A stretch of DNA of 64,000 nt, taken from positions 50,967-114,966 of the IMG/VR virus record IMGVR_UViG_3300032332_000934; one strand, 5' to 3'. Shown here one piece after another: positions 18,601 to 26,231 of the stretch (its first letter is position 1; every line of letters starts with the position of its first letter). Position numbers and translations under genes: made by a program. Below the pieces are notes generated by a model, which did not search any database, had not been told where the DNA came from, and saw only the letters and a list, made by a program, of their open reading frames with translations. The DNA comes from a virus. Lineage: Duplodnaviria > Caudoviricetes.

Positions 18601-18934
18601 AAGCAAGCTCTTGGAGAGTATTAATATTTTCTAATCCCTTTTTGTTTTTAGCAAGCAGGATAATATGGTTGTAGGCTTGGATTGATTTATCAGTCTTAGA
18701 AGATCTATCAAATCTATCTGTTGGTGATATGTATGCTTCCACACCTAGTATAGGCTTTATTCCTTGTTCTTTGCATGCAATTTGCATATCACGATGTGAA
18801 GACAATGTTCCATGGTCAGTAATTGCTAAAGAAGTTTGTCCAGCATCTTTAGCAGCCTTAACAAGTTCGGCAGGAGAATTAAGCCCATCCATTAATGAAT
18901 AGAAAGAATGCACATGTAGATGTGTGAAGTTCAA
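15665..18934 (-). CDS. dnaE: DNA polymerase III alpha subunit
   Basis: PHP HLHVHS/AITDHG, GPGRGSAAGS, PDIDTDF, HAAGVV, YSFNRSH; TTG start; no intein. Confidence 0.96.
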   Translation of the reverse strand: MNFTHLHVHSFYSLMDGLNSPAELVKAAKDAGQTSLAITDHGTLSSHRDMQIACKEQGIKPILGVEAYISPTDRFDRSSKTDKSIQAYNHIILLAKNKKGLENINTLQELAWTEGFYHKPRIDREVLNDYSEGIIVLSGCLNGLISKAIDKGNMEEAELLLEGFKQTFGQDFYVEVQSHNPVEINSALLELADKLKIKAVATGDAHFAKEEDRVLEEAMLILSTSPKSDKDADFEMSRQMPDMMDRFNYLYPDRRISFQDYNLFIQSRSEIEADFNKSGITRTDIYDNTMEIADKIQEYDFYSGLDLLPIPKTNADKKLSDMALEGLKRLSLDKEQVYLDRIAEELSIIKDKAFASYFLVVADMITWAKSNNIMVGPGRGSAAGSLVCYALGITDVDPIKYDLLFFRFINPERNDFPDIDTDFEDRRRKEVKDYLKKKFKHVASISTFTYFKDKGVIRDAARVFMVPLSDVNRAMKSIDTFEDFIDSPNTKEFRAKYPEVTWLAEKLRGKIRSVGVHAAGVVVAKDDLRKYAPIESRADANDEVSGRIPVVAYDMDTVADIGLIKLDALGLKTLSVISDTLKSIKNRTGKDINLYDIALDDENVYKIFNDGYTKGIFQAEATPYTNLLIKMRVDKFEDLAASNALVRPGAMNTVGASYIKRKHGNEAVNYIHPIMKPFTENTYGVIIYQEQVMQACVHLGGMTWSEADKVRKVIGKKQDAKELSPFKDKFIQGAKKHISAEEADNLWKTFEAHAGYSFNRSHAVAYSMLSYYTAWLKCYYPLEFLFSILKNEGDKDARTGYLIEAKRLGIKVKLPHVNESDVNFSLQKDSIRFGLAEIKFISDSIANKIIEKRPYENYKDFVDKASKKGSGINSRAIASLNSIGGAAFDDNPRSGKEAESYYEFLGIPSFNLSNLDPKIKAQARPIDEFEELGSFVMFGMAKAIKRGTGWSRIEIVDESGSVGLFDVEQTKIETNKMYFVLVGDNRISRYVEVDLINKDSDDAFVKYLYAQSYPIDENQRFVISYTPYKTKAGKTMAHLVMSDKDKNLNRAIVFSSMYPLSLAKMREGMICEPVLKTLEDGTLMVKEVK

Positions 18935-18958
18935 CTTAATTCCCCGACCTTTAACCTA

Positions 18959-19633
18959 TTACCAGTCTACGCTGCTGCTGGTTGATGATGACTCTCGTTC
19001 TTCTGAAACTGAGTTTCCAGTGTAAAAAGATTCTTGTTCTGAATAAGGAACAGTTCGTGTTGCTGTCTTATCAAGATCAAAAGTTTCAAACTTAGATAAA
19101 TCAAATGGCGTTTCATCTTTAGGTAAGGCAATAATTGTGTAGCTAGTATCCGTCTTTGTTCCAGATCTTTTTATTTGCCATGTTGTATTTGTAATGCTTC
19201 CCATAAGCTCAGCGTATTCAGCTAGTGTTGGTGTTATTGTCTTTCCACTAATTCCCTGCGAAAGGATTGCAACGTACGGCTCATTCTTTCCATCGTTTAC
19301 TAATACATTAATATAAAGACGCTTTTTTGCATTCCACCCAGACTTTGGGTTTAGTCTGTTTTGTTCACATCCGTAGCATCGGCTCTCATCTTCAAATGAG
19401 CACAGTGCCTTTCGTCTGTAATCTTTTGGGCTTGTATGCTCTACACCAAAAAATCCACAGCCTACCTTATCATTATATTGTGGTGAATTTGGATCTAATT
19501 CCTGGAGAAATCTTACAATTACTTTTTCTCCATCTTCGATCTTCAACCACTTAGCTTTACTATCTTCTCCATCTGAATATGAATTTTTTTCCATTGCTTT
19601 TGACATTCCTGCTAGTCCTACGATTTTAGACAT
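18959..19633 (-). CDS. Phage ssDNA-binding protein (gp32-like)
   Basis: WLKIEDGE..VRFL, H..C..C..C Zn site, KRSG.KTDTSY, acidic tail ending VDW; AAGGAG SD before MSKI. Confidence 0.7.
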   Translation of the reverse strand: MSKIVGLAGMSKAMEKNSYSDGEDSKAKWLKIEDGEKVIVRFLQELDPNSPQYNDKVGCGFFGVEHTSPKDYRRKALCSFEDESRCYGCEQNRLNPKSGWNAKKRLYINVLVNDGKNEPYVAILSQGISGKTITPTLAEYAELMGSITNTTWQIKRSGTKTDTSYTIIALPKDETPFDLSKFETFDLDKTATRTVPYSEQESFYTGNSVSEERESSSTSSSVDW

Positions 19634-19692
19634 TTTATTCTCCTTATGTATGTAACGGTATATATCCGTTTGTGACCACAAATTTTGTGAGG

Positions 19693-20682
19693 TTATGTTT
19701 TGTATTCGAAATTAGATATGGCATTTGTTATACAAGCTTTAATATCTTCATCAGACATATCACCTGCATCTTTTACACCTTCTGGATATATTCTACCATA
19801 AGAATGCGATGCCCACAAGATGTTCTTACTGCTTAGTTTATATGCAATTGTTGAGCCTAGATCTCTTCCCGCCTTATCTGCATCAGTCATAATAATAACT
19901 GTATTAAAGTATCTATTTAATAGGCTAAGGTTTTGTCCAGATATGTGTCCACCCAATGTAGCCACAACATTTGGAAATCCAGCTTGGTGAACACGAATTG
20001 CATCAAAGCTAGACTCGACGACAATAACCCTATCTCCAATTTTTTTAGCGCGGTGTATGTTAAACATAGTTTTACTTCTTGGAAGGTCTTTGCTATTCTT
20101 AAATCGTTTGTCAGAAATGGATCTTCCAACAACTCCAACTGGGATTCCATCTGGACTATGAACTGGTACTGTTATCATATCCATGTTATCCGAATAACCT
20201 AATGAAAAATGTTTAATTGAATCTAAGTTGATACCACGAGATTTTAAATATTCTTTTCCTTTATCGCTATTCATTAAGCCTTTGTGTAAATTAACTAATG
20301 TCTCTTCTGGGAACTCAACAAAGTCTGGCTTGTCTTCTAGCATCTCCTTAAGAGATTCGTCAAAGTTTTCTAAGGCCTCAGACTGCTTTGATTCAATATA
20401 CCTTAAAGATTGAAACTCATTTTTATTTAAAATCTTTTTTACTAGATCGCTTAGAGTACCTGCTTCTCCACAAGACGGATTAAAGCAAAGGTAGGCCCCT
20501 TTTGTTTTACTTACGCTAAAGCTTGATGTATGTCTATTGGAATGAAATGGGCAGTATGCTAGGTAATCGTTAGATGTCTCGCCCACCATATCTATTCCAA
20601 GGCTCTGGATTATTGATTTGATATGGACAGGGCTGTACTCCGAGCTATCAACTTGCCTTGAGTTATACCCTCTAATTGCCAT
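19693..20682 (-). CDS. dnaG: DNA primase (CHC2 Zn finger + TOPRIM)
   Basis: CPFH...CFNPSC, VVESSFD, TDADKAG, KDAGD. Confidence 0.9.
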   Translation of the reverse strand: MAIRGYNSRQVDSSEYSPVHIKSIIQSLGIDMVGETSNDYLAYCPFHSNRHTSSFSVSKTKGAYLCFNPSCGEAGTLSDLVKKILNKNEFQSLRYIESKQSEALENFDESLKEMLEDKPDFVEFPEETLVNLHKGLMNSDKGKEYLKSRGINLDSIKHFSLGYSDNMDMITVPVHSPDGIPVGVVGRSISDKRFKNSKDLPRSKTMFNIHRAKKIGDRVIVVESSFDAIRVHQAGFPNVVATLGGHISGQNLSLLNRYFNTVIIMTDADKAGRDLGSTIAYKLSSKNILWASHSYGRIYPEGVKDAGDMSDEDIKACITNAISNFEYKT

Positions 20683-20909
20683 GCCTTCTTCTTTCCTACG
20701 TATACCCCATGAAGAGTCATTAAGAATCTCCATGTTTCTCCAGTAAACTCTATTGAGAAAGCTGGATCAATATCTAATACCCTAACATATCCCTTACCAC
20801 GCATATCTTGAGATAACAAGTTTTCGTATTGTGGTCTTAAACTTATTAATTGTGCGTTGTCATAAAAGTTAACTTCTATTTGAAACCTTTTAATATTTTT
20901 ATGGGTCAC
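20610..20909 (-). CDS. Hypothetical protein
   Basis: 99-aa ORF between helicase and primase. Confidence 0.65.
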   Translation of the reverse strand: MTHKNIKRFQIEVNFYDNAQLISLRPQYENLLSQDMRGKGYVRVLDIDPAFSIEFTGETWRFLMTLHGVYVGKKKAWQLEGITQGKLIARSTALSISNQ

Positions 20910-22141
20910 TTGCTCAACTCGGGTAAGTCTTCATAGATTGGAGTAATAACTCCTCTATTGATATCCCAATCAAGAAAGAATCTGAAGTCGTGCCCATGCC
21001 TATTTTTTCTAGATACAATTTCAATAAGGTCTGTGTTTGCATGCTTATGAACTGCAATAGCCATATCAGCATCGTACTCAATAGCCTTTGACCATGCTAC
21101 CTGGCTCATCATTGGCGGTTCTTTTTGATCTGAAATATCATCTGCTGTAGCAGCTGTGATATCAATAATTGGAATTCCGTTAGTTACTGCTAGTAACTTA
21201 AAGTCTCTTGAAATATTTCTATTTCTTTCTACTTCAGAATTGCTTCGCTTGTTATCATTAAACAGCTGGTGGTAATCTAAAATAACTAGATCTGGCTTAT
21301 GCTGGTCAATCTTTCCCTGAATAGTTGCAGGTGTTACTTCTCCAGCTCCCTCATTTGAAACTAGGATAAAACTATTCTTACCTTCTGTCTTCTTTTTTCC
21401 CCATGTTTTAAAATCATCAATGTTAATGTCACCCTTTGACAAATCGCTTGCTCTAAATAAACCAGAACCAAGCATAGTATAAATTCTATCTCTCATATTT
21501 TCTGGAGCCATCTCAAGAGAAACAATCATTGGCTTAAACCCTTGCTCCCAGGCTTTGCATGCTAGATAAGATGTAAACCAAGTCTTACCACGCCCTGGCC
21601 AACCAATAGCAACGATAAGGTGGCCTGGTGCCATTCCAGTTGGATAAGCTTTATCAATTGCATCGAAGCCTGTTAAAATTCCTGGGCTTCCTCCCATTGC
21701 TAGCGATCTAGTTCTTACTGACTCGTAGTGTCTTTCAGCCGAGTCTAAATCTGTAATGTCTAAATCTTTAACATTGTTTGTGTAGCGACTTAGTGTTGCG
21801 AGTTGTGACTGCATTGTGCCTAGAACTCTTGAAGGTGCGTCTTCTTTTAGAGATGAGCCTGCTTGCATGAGGATAGTCTTTAACTTATTTCCTACAAATT
21901 CATTCTTTAATTTATCCAGATAGTAACCAGTCTCACCTTTTGTTTCAACTGGCTCAAAGTCTTTAAACTTATCCTGTAGAATTGTAGCTTCTGGCACTGC
22001 CCTAAATTTGTAATAGTATGACTTAAGACCTTCCCAAATATCTTTATGCGAAACAAATAGTTCGTCTGAATTGTCGGCAAGGATTGTGCTTATATCTTTA
22101 TTTTTACAAACCGCTGAAATCAGTTCTGCTTCTGTATTCAT
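20906..22141 (-). CDS. dnaB: Replicative helicase, DnaB-like
   Basis: GWPGRGKT, SLEM, ILDYHQL, IEYDAD, KNRHG. Confidence 0.92.
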   Translation of the reverse strand: MNTEAELISAVCKNKDISTILADNSDELFVSHKDIWEGLKSYYYKFRAVPEATILQDKFKDFEPVETKGETGYYLDKLKNEFVGNKLKTILMQAGSSLKEDAPSRVLGTMQSQLATLSRYTNNVKDLDITDLDSAERHYESVRTRSLAMGGSPGILTGFDAIDKAYPTGMAPGHLIVAIGWPGRGKTWFTSYLACKAWEQGFKPMIVSLEMAPENMRDRIYTMLGSGLFRASDLSKGDINIDDFKTWGKKKTEGKNSFILVSNEGAGEVTPATIQGKIDQHKPDLVILDYHQLFNDNKRSNSEVERNRNISRDFKLLAVTNGIPIIDITAATADDISDQKEPPMMSQVAWSKAIEYDADMAIAVHKHANTDLIEIVSRKNRHGHDFRFFLDWDINRGVITPIYEDLPELSK

Positions 22142-22455
22142 TAATTATCCTCAACCATTCTTTTAGTCTCTTGCAACAGACGTCTTCTGTTAATCTTATC
22201 TTCTTTAATCTGAATCATCATTCCCTCTATTCGATCAAAGTTATTATAAAAGAAATTAAGTGGATGCCTATTCTTTCCAGTTTTAAAGTAATACTCTAGC
22301 ACCTCTTTAGATCTATCAAACCCTATGCTATCTATAACATCTTGCATAGCCCATTTTTCTTTATATCTATTAATAGTGGGCTTTGATTTATAAGCCTCCT
22401 CATATAAAATAGAGTACAGAGAAAGAAGAATGTAGGGTTCTTTATTTACTGCCAC
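22141..22455 (-). CDS. Hypothetical protein
   Basis: ORF coupled to helicase. Confidence 0.65.
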   Translation of the reverse strand: MAVNKEPYILLSLYSILYEEAYKSKPTINRYKEKWAMQDVIDSIGFDRSKEVLEYYFKTGKNRHPLNFFYNNFDRIEGMMIQIKEDKINRRRLLQETKRMVEDN

Positions 22456-22651
22456 GCAATTCCTCTTCTACTTCTTGTGTCTTTTGGATTAGCTTATCTT
22501 CAACAAACTTATATACTCGATCTGCTGCGGCATCTACTGTCTCTCCGTCTCGCACAAAATCATCTACTCCAATACCAATCTTGATACTTTCAAAGTTACC
22601 AAGGTTGCGTGTGAAAGATAAGTCTACTCTAACTTGAGTTCTTTTTTCCAT
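22442..22651 (-). CDS. Hypothetical phage protein
   Basis: TRNLGNFESIKI motif common in phages. Confidence 0.7.
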   Translation of the reverse strand: MEKRTQVRVDLSFTRNLGNFESIKIGIGVDDFVRDGETVDAAADRVYKFVEDKLIQKTQEVEEELRGSK

Positions 22652-22755
22652 TAGTGCTCAGCCTTTCTATGTCTACTTAAACTGTCATGAGCAAAAATGC
22701 CCCAACGTAATTCTATTTCTTTCTTACATATATCGCAGACTACTACCCTAGACAT
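22651..22755 (-). CDS. 34-aa C2H2-type zinc-finger micro-protein (not in ORF track)
   Basis: MSRVVVCDICKKEIELRWGIFAHDSLSRHRKAEH*; TAATG overlaps at both ends. Confidence 0.7.
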   Translation of the reverse strand: MSRVVVCDICKKEIELRWGIFAHDSLSRHRKAEH

Positions 22756-23237
22756 TACTCTGCTTTCCATACTGGTACAAATTTTCCTTCAGTGGTCTTA
22801 GTATACAATATAGTGTTGTGTTTGAGAAGAGCTTTCATTTCATTTCTTGAAGGCATATTACTAGAGTACCCTGATTCTAATATAAACTCATGAATGTCCA
22901 TAATGTCCGATTCACTGTACATAAACTTATACCATGTGCTATCTGGATTACCTATAGGATATACTTTTTGAGGATATTTTATCTTCCCGTCCAAAATATA
23001 ATCTTCAATAGTTACCTTATGTTTTCCCAGCATTTGAGCTACCTGTTTAGTTGAATATGCATTCTCCATAGTTTTTAAAACTTGTGAATAGGAGTAAAGC
23101 AATCTTTTTTTATCTGGGTAGCACCAGGCAACCATTTGGTCTTTAGATCTTGAAGAACTTAATACTTTATGTATCTTGTTATTTAAGAAGAAATACCGAA
23201 TGCTTTTAGCTGACTGTTTTCTCTTTTTTCTATCCAT
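22755..23237 (-). CDS. HTH (MerR/excisionase-like) DNA-binding protein
   Basis: YSTKQVAQMLGKHKVTIEDYI...YSESDI. Confidence 0.7.
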   Translation of the reverse strand: MDRKKRKQSAKSIRYFFLNNKIHKVLSSSRSKDQMVAWCYPDKKRLLYSYSQVLKTMENAYSTKQVAQMLGKHKVTIEDYILDGKIKYPQKVYPIGNPDSTWYKFMYSESDIMDIHEFILESGYSSNMPSRNEMKALLKHNTILYTKTTEGKFVPVWKAE

Positions 23238-23371
23238 TTACCTAGTGCACTCGTATCCTTATTAATCATCCATCTTTTACCGCACATCATGCAGAAAAGC
23301 TCTACGTGTAATTTTTGCGAAAATACTCTATCAACAAAAACTCTCCCCTGACACTTGTTACATTTCATCAT
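23183..23371 (-). CDS. Zn-ribbon hypothetical protein
   Basis: CNKCQG...CMMCG. Confidence 0.7.
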   Translation of the reverse strand: MMKCNKCQGRVFVDRVFSQKLHVELFCMMCGKRWMINKDTSALGKWIEKRENSQLKAFGISS

Positions 23372-24168
23372 AGCGTAAATAGCTTCCCATCAACAACACA
23401 TGAGTAATCTGGTGCCACATGAATCATTTGAATATGTGGATAATCATTTACAATATGTGCAATCGCAAAACCTTTTTGCCAATCGTGATGTTGCATATAC
23501 TTCATTCCTGGGCCCTTTTCATCACACATGTGGCCAAGCTCGTACCCACGAAGAGTTTCTCCTTCTCCGCCGTTTCTTAGTTCGTATGTGACAAGGTGAG
23601 AGGCAATTCTATGAGAGTGGCCTCTAATTAAAGATACCTGCAGATCTTCCATGTCTTTACGCACAGAACCAGTTGAAGCAATTGAAAGTCCATGATGTAC
23701 GTGTATGTCTCCGAATCTGCGCTTTGGAAGTTCATTGTAATGAATATACTCATAGCCTAGCGAGTCTAATCCCCATAGTGCTTCTGGAGTAACTTCATTA
23801 ATATAGTCTGGAAGCTTTGCATCTACATAGTTAAAAATTCTAACATCATGGTTTCCTAGAGCTGAAAAAAGCTGAGCTTCTGGAAGCATCTCTCTTGTTT
23901 TTGTATAAAAATCTCTTGCGCCTTTTGCTTCATGACGCATCATAGGGACAATTAGATCTCTACTGTCTGTCTTATGAAGATTCAAAAACTCTGCTGAACG
24001 GCCTTCTGTATATTTGCTGTAGCAAGCTTGATCATCTGTATCGCCAAGGTAATCTACCACATCTGGCTTAAACCACTTCATGACCTTGAACCAAAGTGCG
24101 ATCATCTTATCATCCTGATATGGGAATTGCTGGTCGGATGAAATCATCCACTTTAAATCGTTGCTCAT
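23368..24168 (-). CDS. Calcineurin-like metallophosphoesterase
   Basis: SDxQ, GDxxD, GNHD, HG, GHSH. Confidence 0.85.
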   Translation of the reverse strand: MSNDLKWMISSDQQFPYQDDKMIALWFKVMKWFKPDVVDYLGDTDDQACYSKYTEGRSAEFLNLHKTDSRDLIVPMMRHEAKGARDFYTKTREMLPEAQLFSALGNHDVRIFNYVDAKLPDYINEVTPEALWGLDSLGYEYIHYNELPKRRFGDIHVHHGLSIASTGSVRKDMEDLQVSLIRGHSHRIASHLVTYELRNGGEGETLRGYELGHMCDEKGPGMKYMQHHDWQKGFAIAHIVNDYPHIQMIHVAPDYSCVVDGKLFTL

Positions 24169-24189
24169 AAAAACCCTTAATATATATAA

Positions 24190-24209
24190 AAGCCACGATG
24201 TCGTGGCTT
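24190..24209 (-). terminator. Stem-loop followed by U-rich tract (terminator/attenuator or 5' stabiliser)
   Basis: AAGCCACG-ACAT-CGTGGCTT then TTAT on minus strand. Confidence 0.45.
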
Positions 24210-24221
24210 ATTGTTATAGTA

Positions 24222-24251
24222 ATTGTAACATATTGACACTGGGTGTCAATA
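24222..24251 (-). promoter_or_regulatory. Promoter of replication block with overlapping palindromic operator
   Basis: TTGACA-N16-TACAAT with TG extension; perfect inverted repeat TATTGACAC-N3-GTGTCAATA. Confidence 0.6.
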
Positions 24252-24260
24252 ACAACCCTA

Positions 24261-24680
24261 TTAAGAAGTTACTATCTTTTTGCCTGCACTGATCCAATGA
24301 AAATTAATTGCACCAGTTACGTTCTTTTCAGCATAAACATTTAATTTAGTAGATGCAGCATTCCCAGATAAAGACCATCTAATGTTGTTTGTTTTTGGAT
24401 CTTGCAGTCTTGGAGTTGCAGTGACATAAGCTGTTTCATAGTCTGCGCCCCAGCCTAGATCTATCTCAATAGTATTGACCTTGCCACCTGTAAGTCCATT
24501 TTCAAATGTTACAACACCAGCCTTCAAATGCATTACTGAAAGCTGGCTGACGCTATTTGCTGTAGTTGTACTTAAATTATATGATTCGTTTGTTTTGAGG
24601 GTAATGGCATCAATTTGTGTCTGCAAGTCCTGTAGTTTTTTTGGATCTACTGGCTCACCGTCTTGAAATACAACAGTCAT
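24261..24680 (-). CDS. Hypothetical virion-associated protein
   Basis: Coiled N-terminus, beta-rich C-terminus ending HWISAG. Confidence 0.55.
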   Translation of the reverse strand: MTVVFQDGEPVDPKKLQDLQTQIDAITLKTNESYNLSTTTANSVSQLSVMHLKAGVVTFENGLTGGKVNTIEIDLGWGADYETAYVTATPRLQDPKTNNIRWSLSGNAASTKLNVYAEKNVTGAINFHWISAGKKIVTS

Positions 24681-24868
24681 TATTCCTCCGTAATTTTACT
24701 TTCTATAGCATTAGCGTACTCTTCAATTGCTTTTTCTTTTTGTTTTTGAGACTCAGACATTATTGTTAGGTCTGCTCTTAAAACTGAGATCATCAATTCA
24801 TATTCCGCAACAAGCTCTGCAATTCTTTGCTGCATCGCCGTGATAATTAATTCTTCTTTAGAAGACAT
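24680..24868 (-). CDS. Hypothetical coiled-coil protein
   Basis: 62-aa ORF with SD. Confidence 0.65.
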   Translation of the reverse strand: MSSKEELIITAMQQRIAELVAEYELMISVLRADLTIMSESQKQKEKAIEEYANAIESKITEE

Positions 24869-24879
24869 TGTTTCCTAAC

Positions 24880-25104
24880 TTATTCTGATAGAGAAGCTAG
24901 TTCTTCGACAAGAGCTGCTATTTTTTTATTAACTGAAGCTATCTGTGCGTTGACAGCTGCAATTGCATCTGCTGCTGGAGCAGTTGCTGACTCTTCTTCC
25001 ATTAGGTTTACCTCAAGATTGTACTTAGAGTATCCAAGCGTTCTCAGGTGAGACTCAACTATAGAGCTTTTTTCTTCATTTGATAGTGTGTATTCTGACA
25101 TCAT
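24880..25104 (-). CDS. Hypothetical coiled-coil protein
   Basis: AGGAGG SD and TGGTATAAT promoter (25119-25127). Confidence 0.7.
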   Translation of the reverse strand: MMSEYTLSNEEKSSIVESHLRTLGYSKYNLEVNLMEEESATAPAADAIAAVNAQIASVNKKIAALVEELASLSE

Positions 25105-25127
25105 TACCTCCTATTTATATTATACCA

Positions 25128-25364
25128 TTACCATTTACCTACAGGGCAAGTGGCTCCTTTAAGCTTTGTCTTTGCTGGCATAAAACATCCGCATTCCTGG
25201 CATGTCTTGACGCCGTTATTAAATTTTGGGCAGGCTTGGCATAATGAATATCTTGAGATTGCATCTTCTTCTGAGACATATTCTGTATTTGGATTTAAAA
25301 AATCCCACGGTTTTACATCATCGGAATTTACAAGTTTTTTAACCTGCTCCCACTTACTCACCAT
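25128..25364 (-). CDS. Small Cys-rich metal-binding protein
   Basis: CxxC...CxxCxC...CPxGKW. Confidence 0.7.
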   Translation of the reverse strand: MVSKWEQVKKLVNSDDVKPWDFLNPNTEYVSEEDAISRYSLCQACPKFNNGVKTCQECGCFMPAKTKLKGATCPVGKW

Positions 25365-25590
25365 CTGTTTGCCTCAATTCAAAAGACACGCCATTCCAAA
25401 AATAATTTGCCCCTGCTTTTGGGAAATCTGGTATATCAATATCAACATCTTCCAGATCTACCAATATTGGTGTGCTTGAAAGCCCAGCCCTTAAAAGATC
25501 AGTCCCAGGCCCAGCAATATTAAACCATCCTGCGTATTCGCCATTCACAAGAACCATATATGTGCTTCCTTGCATATCTGATTTATTCAT
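25354..25590 (-). CDS. Small fibre-associated protein with W[DN]GxxF motif
   Basis: VNGE...WNGVSF; own promoter TAGACA-N17-TAGAAT at 25613-25641. Confidence 0.55.
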   Translation of the reverse strand: MNKSDMQGSTYMVLVNGEYAGWFNIAGPGTDLLRAGLSSTPILVDLEDVDIDIPDFPKAGANYFWNGVSFELRQTDGE

Positions 25591-25652
25591 AATCTCTCCA
25601 TAACATTACAGTATTCTATCATTTCTATAAAATTTTGTCTAGCAACTTATTA

Positions 25653-26231
25653 CTATTTGCCAAAAGATATCACAGAATATTTTGTTCCCTCTAGTACAGG
25701 AAGTACTCTATGAATATACTCTATAGATGAAGGGAAAATAATAAGACTATCCTTAGATGGTTTGATTGGCATAGTATAGGCTTTATTCTTAAATTGAATC
25801 TCTCCACCCTCATAATCATCATTTATATAGTACACAAAAGATATCTTAGACGGGTGAGGAATTCCGTCATCTGAATGCCATGTAACGCTTTGTCCTTTTT
25901 CATACCTAAGAAGCTCCCACGGCTCTCTTTCTTTAATCTTTATTCCGCTTTTTTTTACAAAGTCTACTAGGCAATCTGAAACTGCTGTATCTATTTTTTT
26001 ATTCAATATCTTTTTTGCATTATTATAATTAATCCCATCCTGCTCATTTGCGTATAAAGAAAAAACAGTGCATGATCTTAGGGATAAGTCATAATCCCTA
26101 TTATTCATTGTTGATTGGCTAAAATCTTTTTTGTACAGATTAAATATACTATATACTTCTTTAAGGATATCTAAATCTGAGCCAATCACATCTTTATAAA
26201 TCAATATGTTGTTTCCTAAGTCTTGTATCAT
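25653..26231 (-). CDS. 2OG-Fe(II) oxygenase #5
   Basis: HSD...YINDDYEGGE...FPS...H.V.PV..GTKY; TAATG-coupled to the upstream Hint protein. Confidence 0.88.
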   Translation of the reverse strand: MIQDLGNNILIYKDVIGSDLDILKEVYSIFNLYKKDFSQSTMNNRDYDLSLRSCTVFSLYANEQDGINYNNAKKILNKKIDTAVSDCLVDFVKKSGIKIKEREPWELLRYEKGQSVTWHSDDGIPHPSKISFVYYINDDYEGGEIQFKNKAYTMPIKPSKDSLIIFPSSIEYIHRVLPVLEGTKYSVISFGK

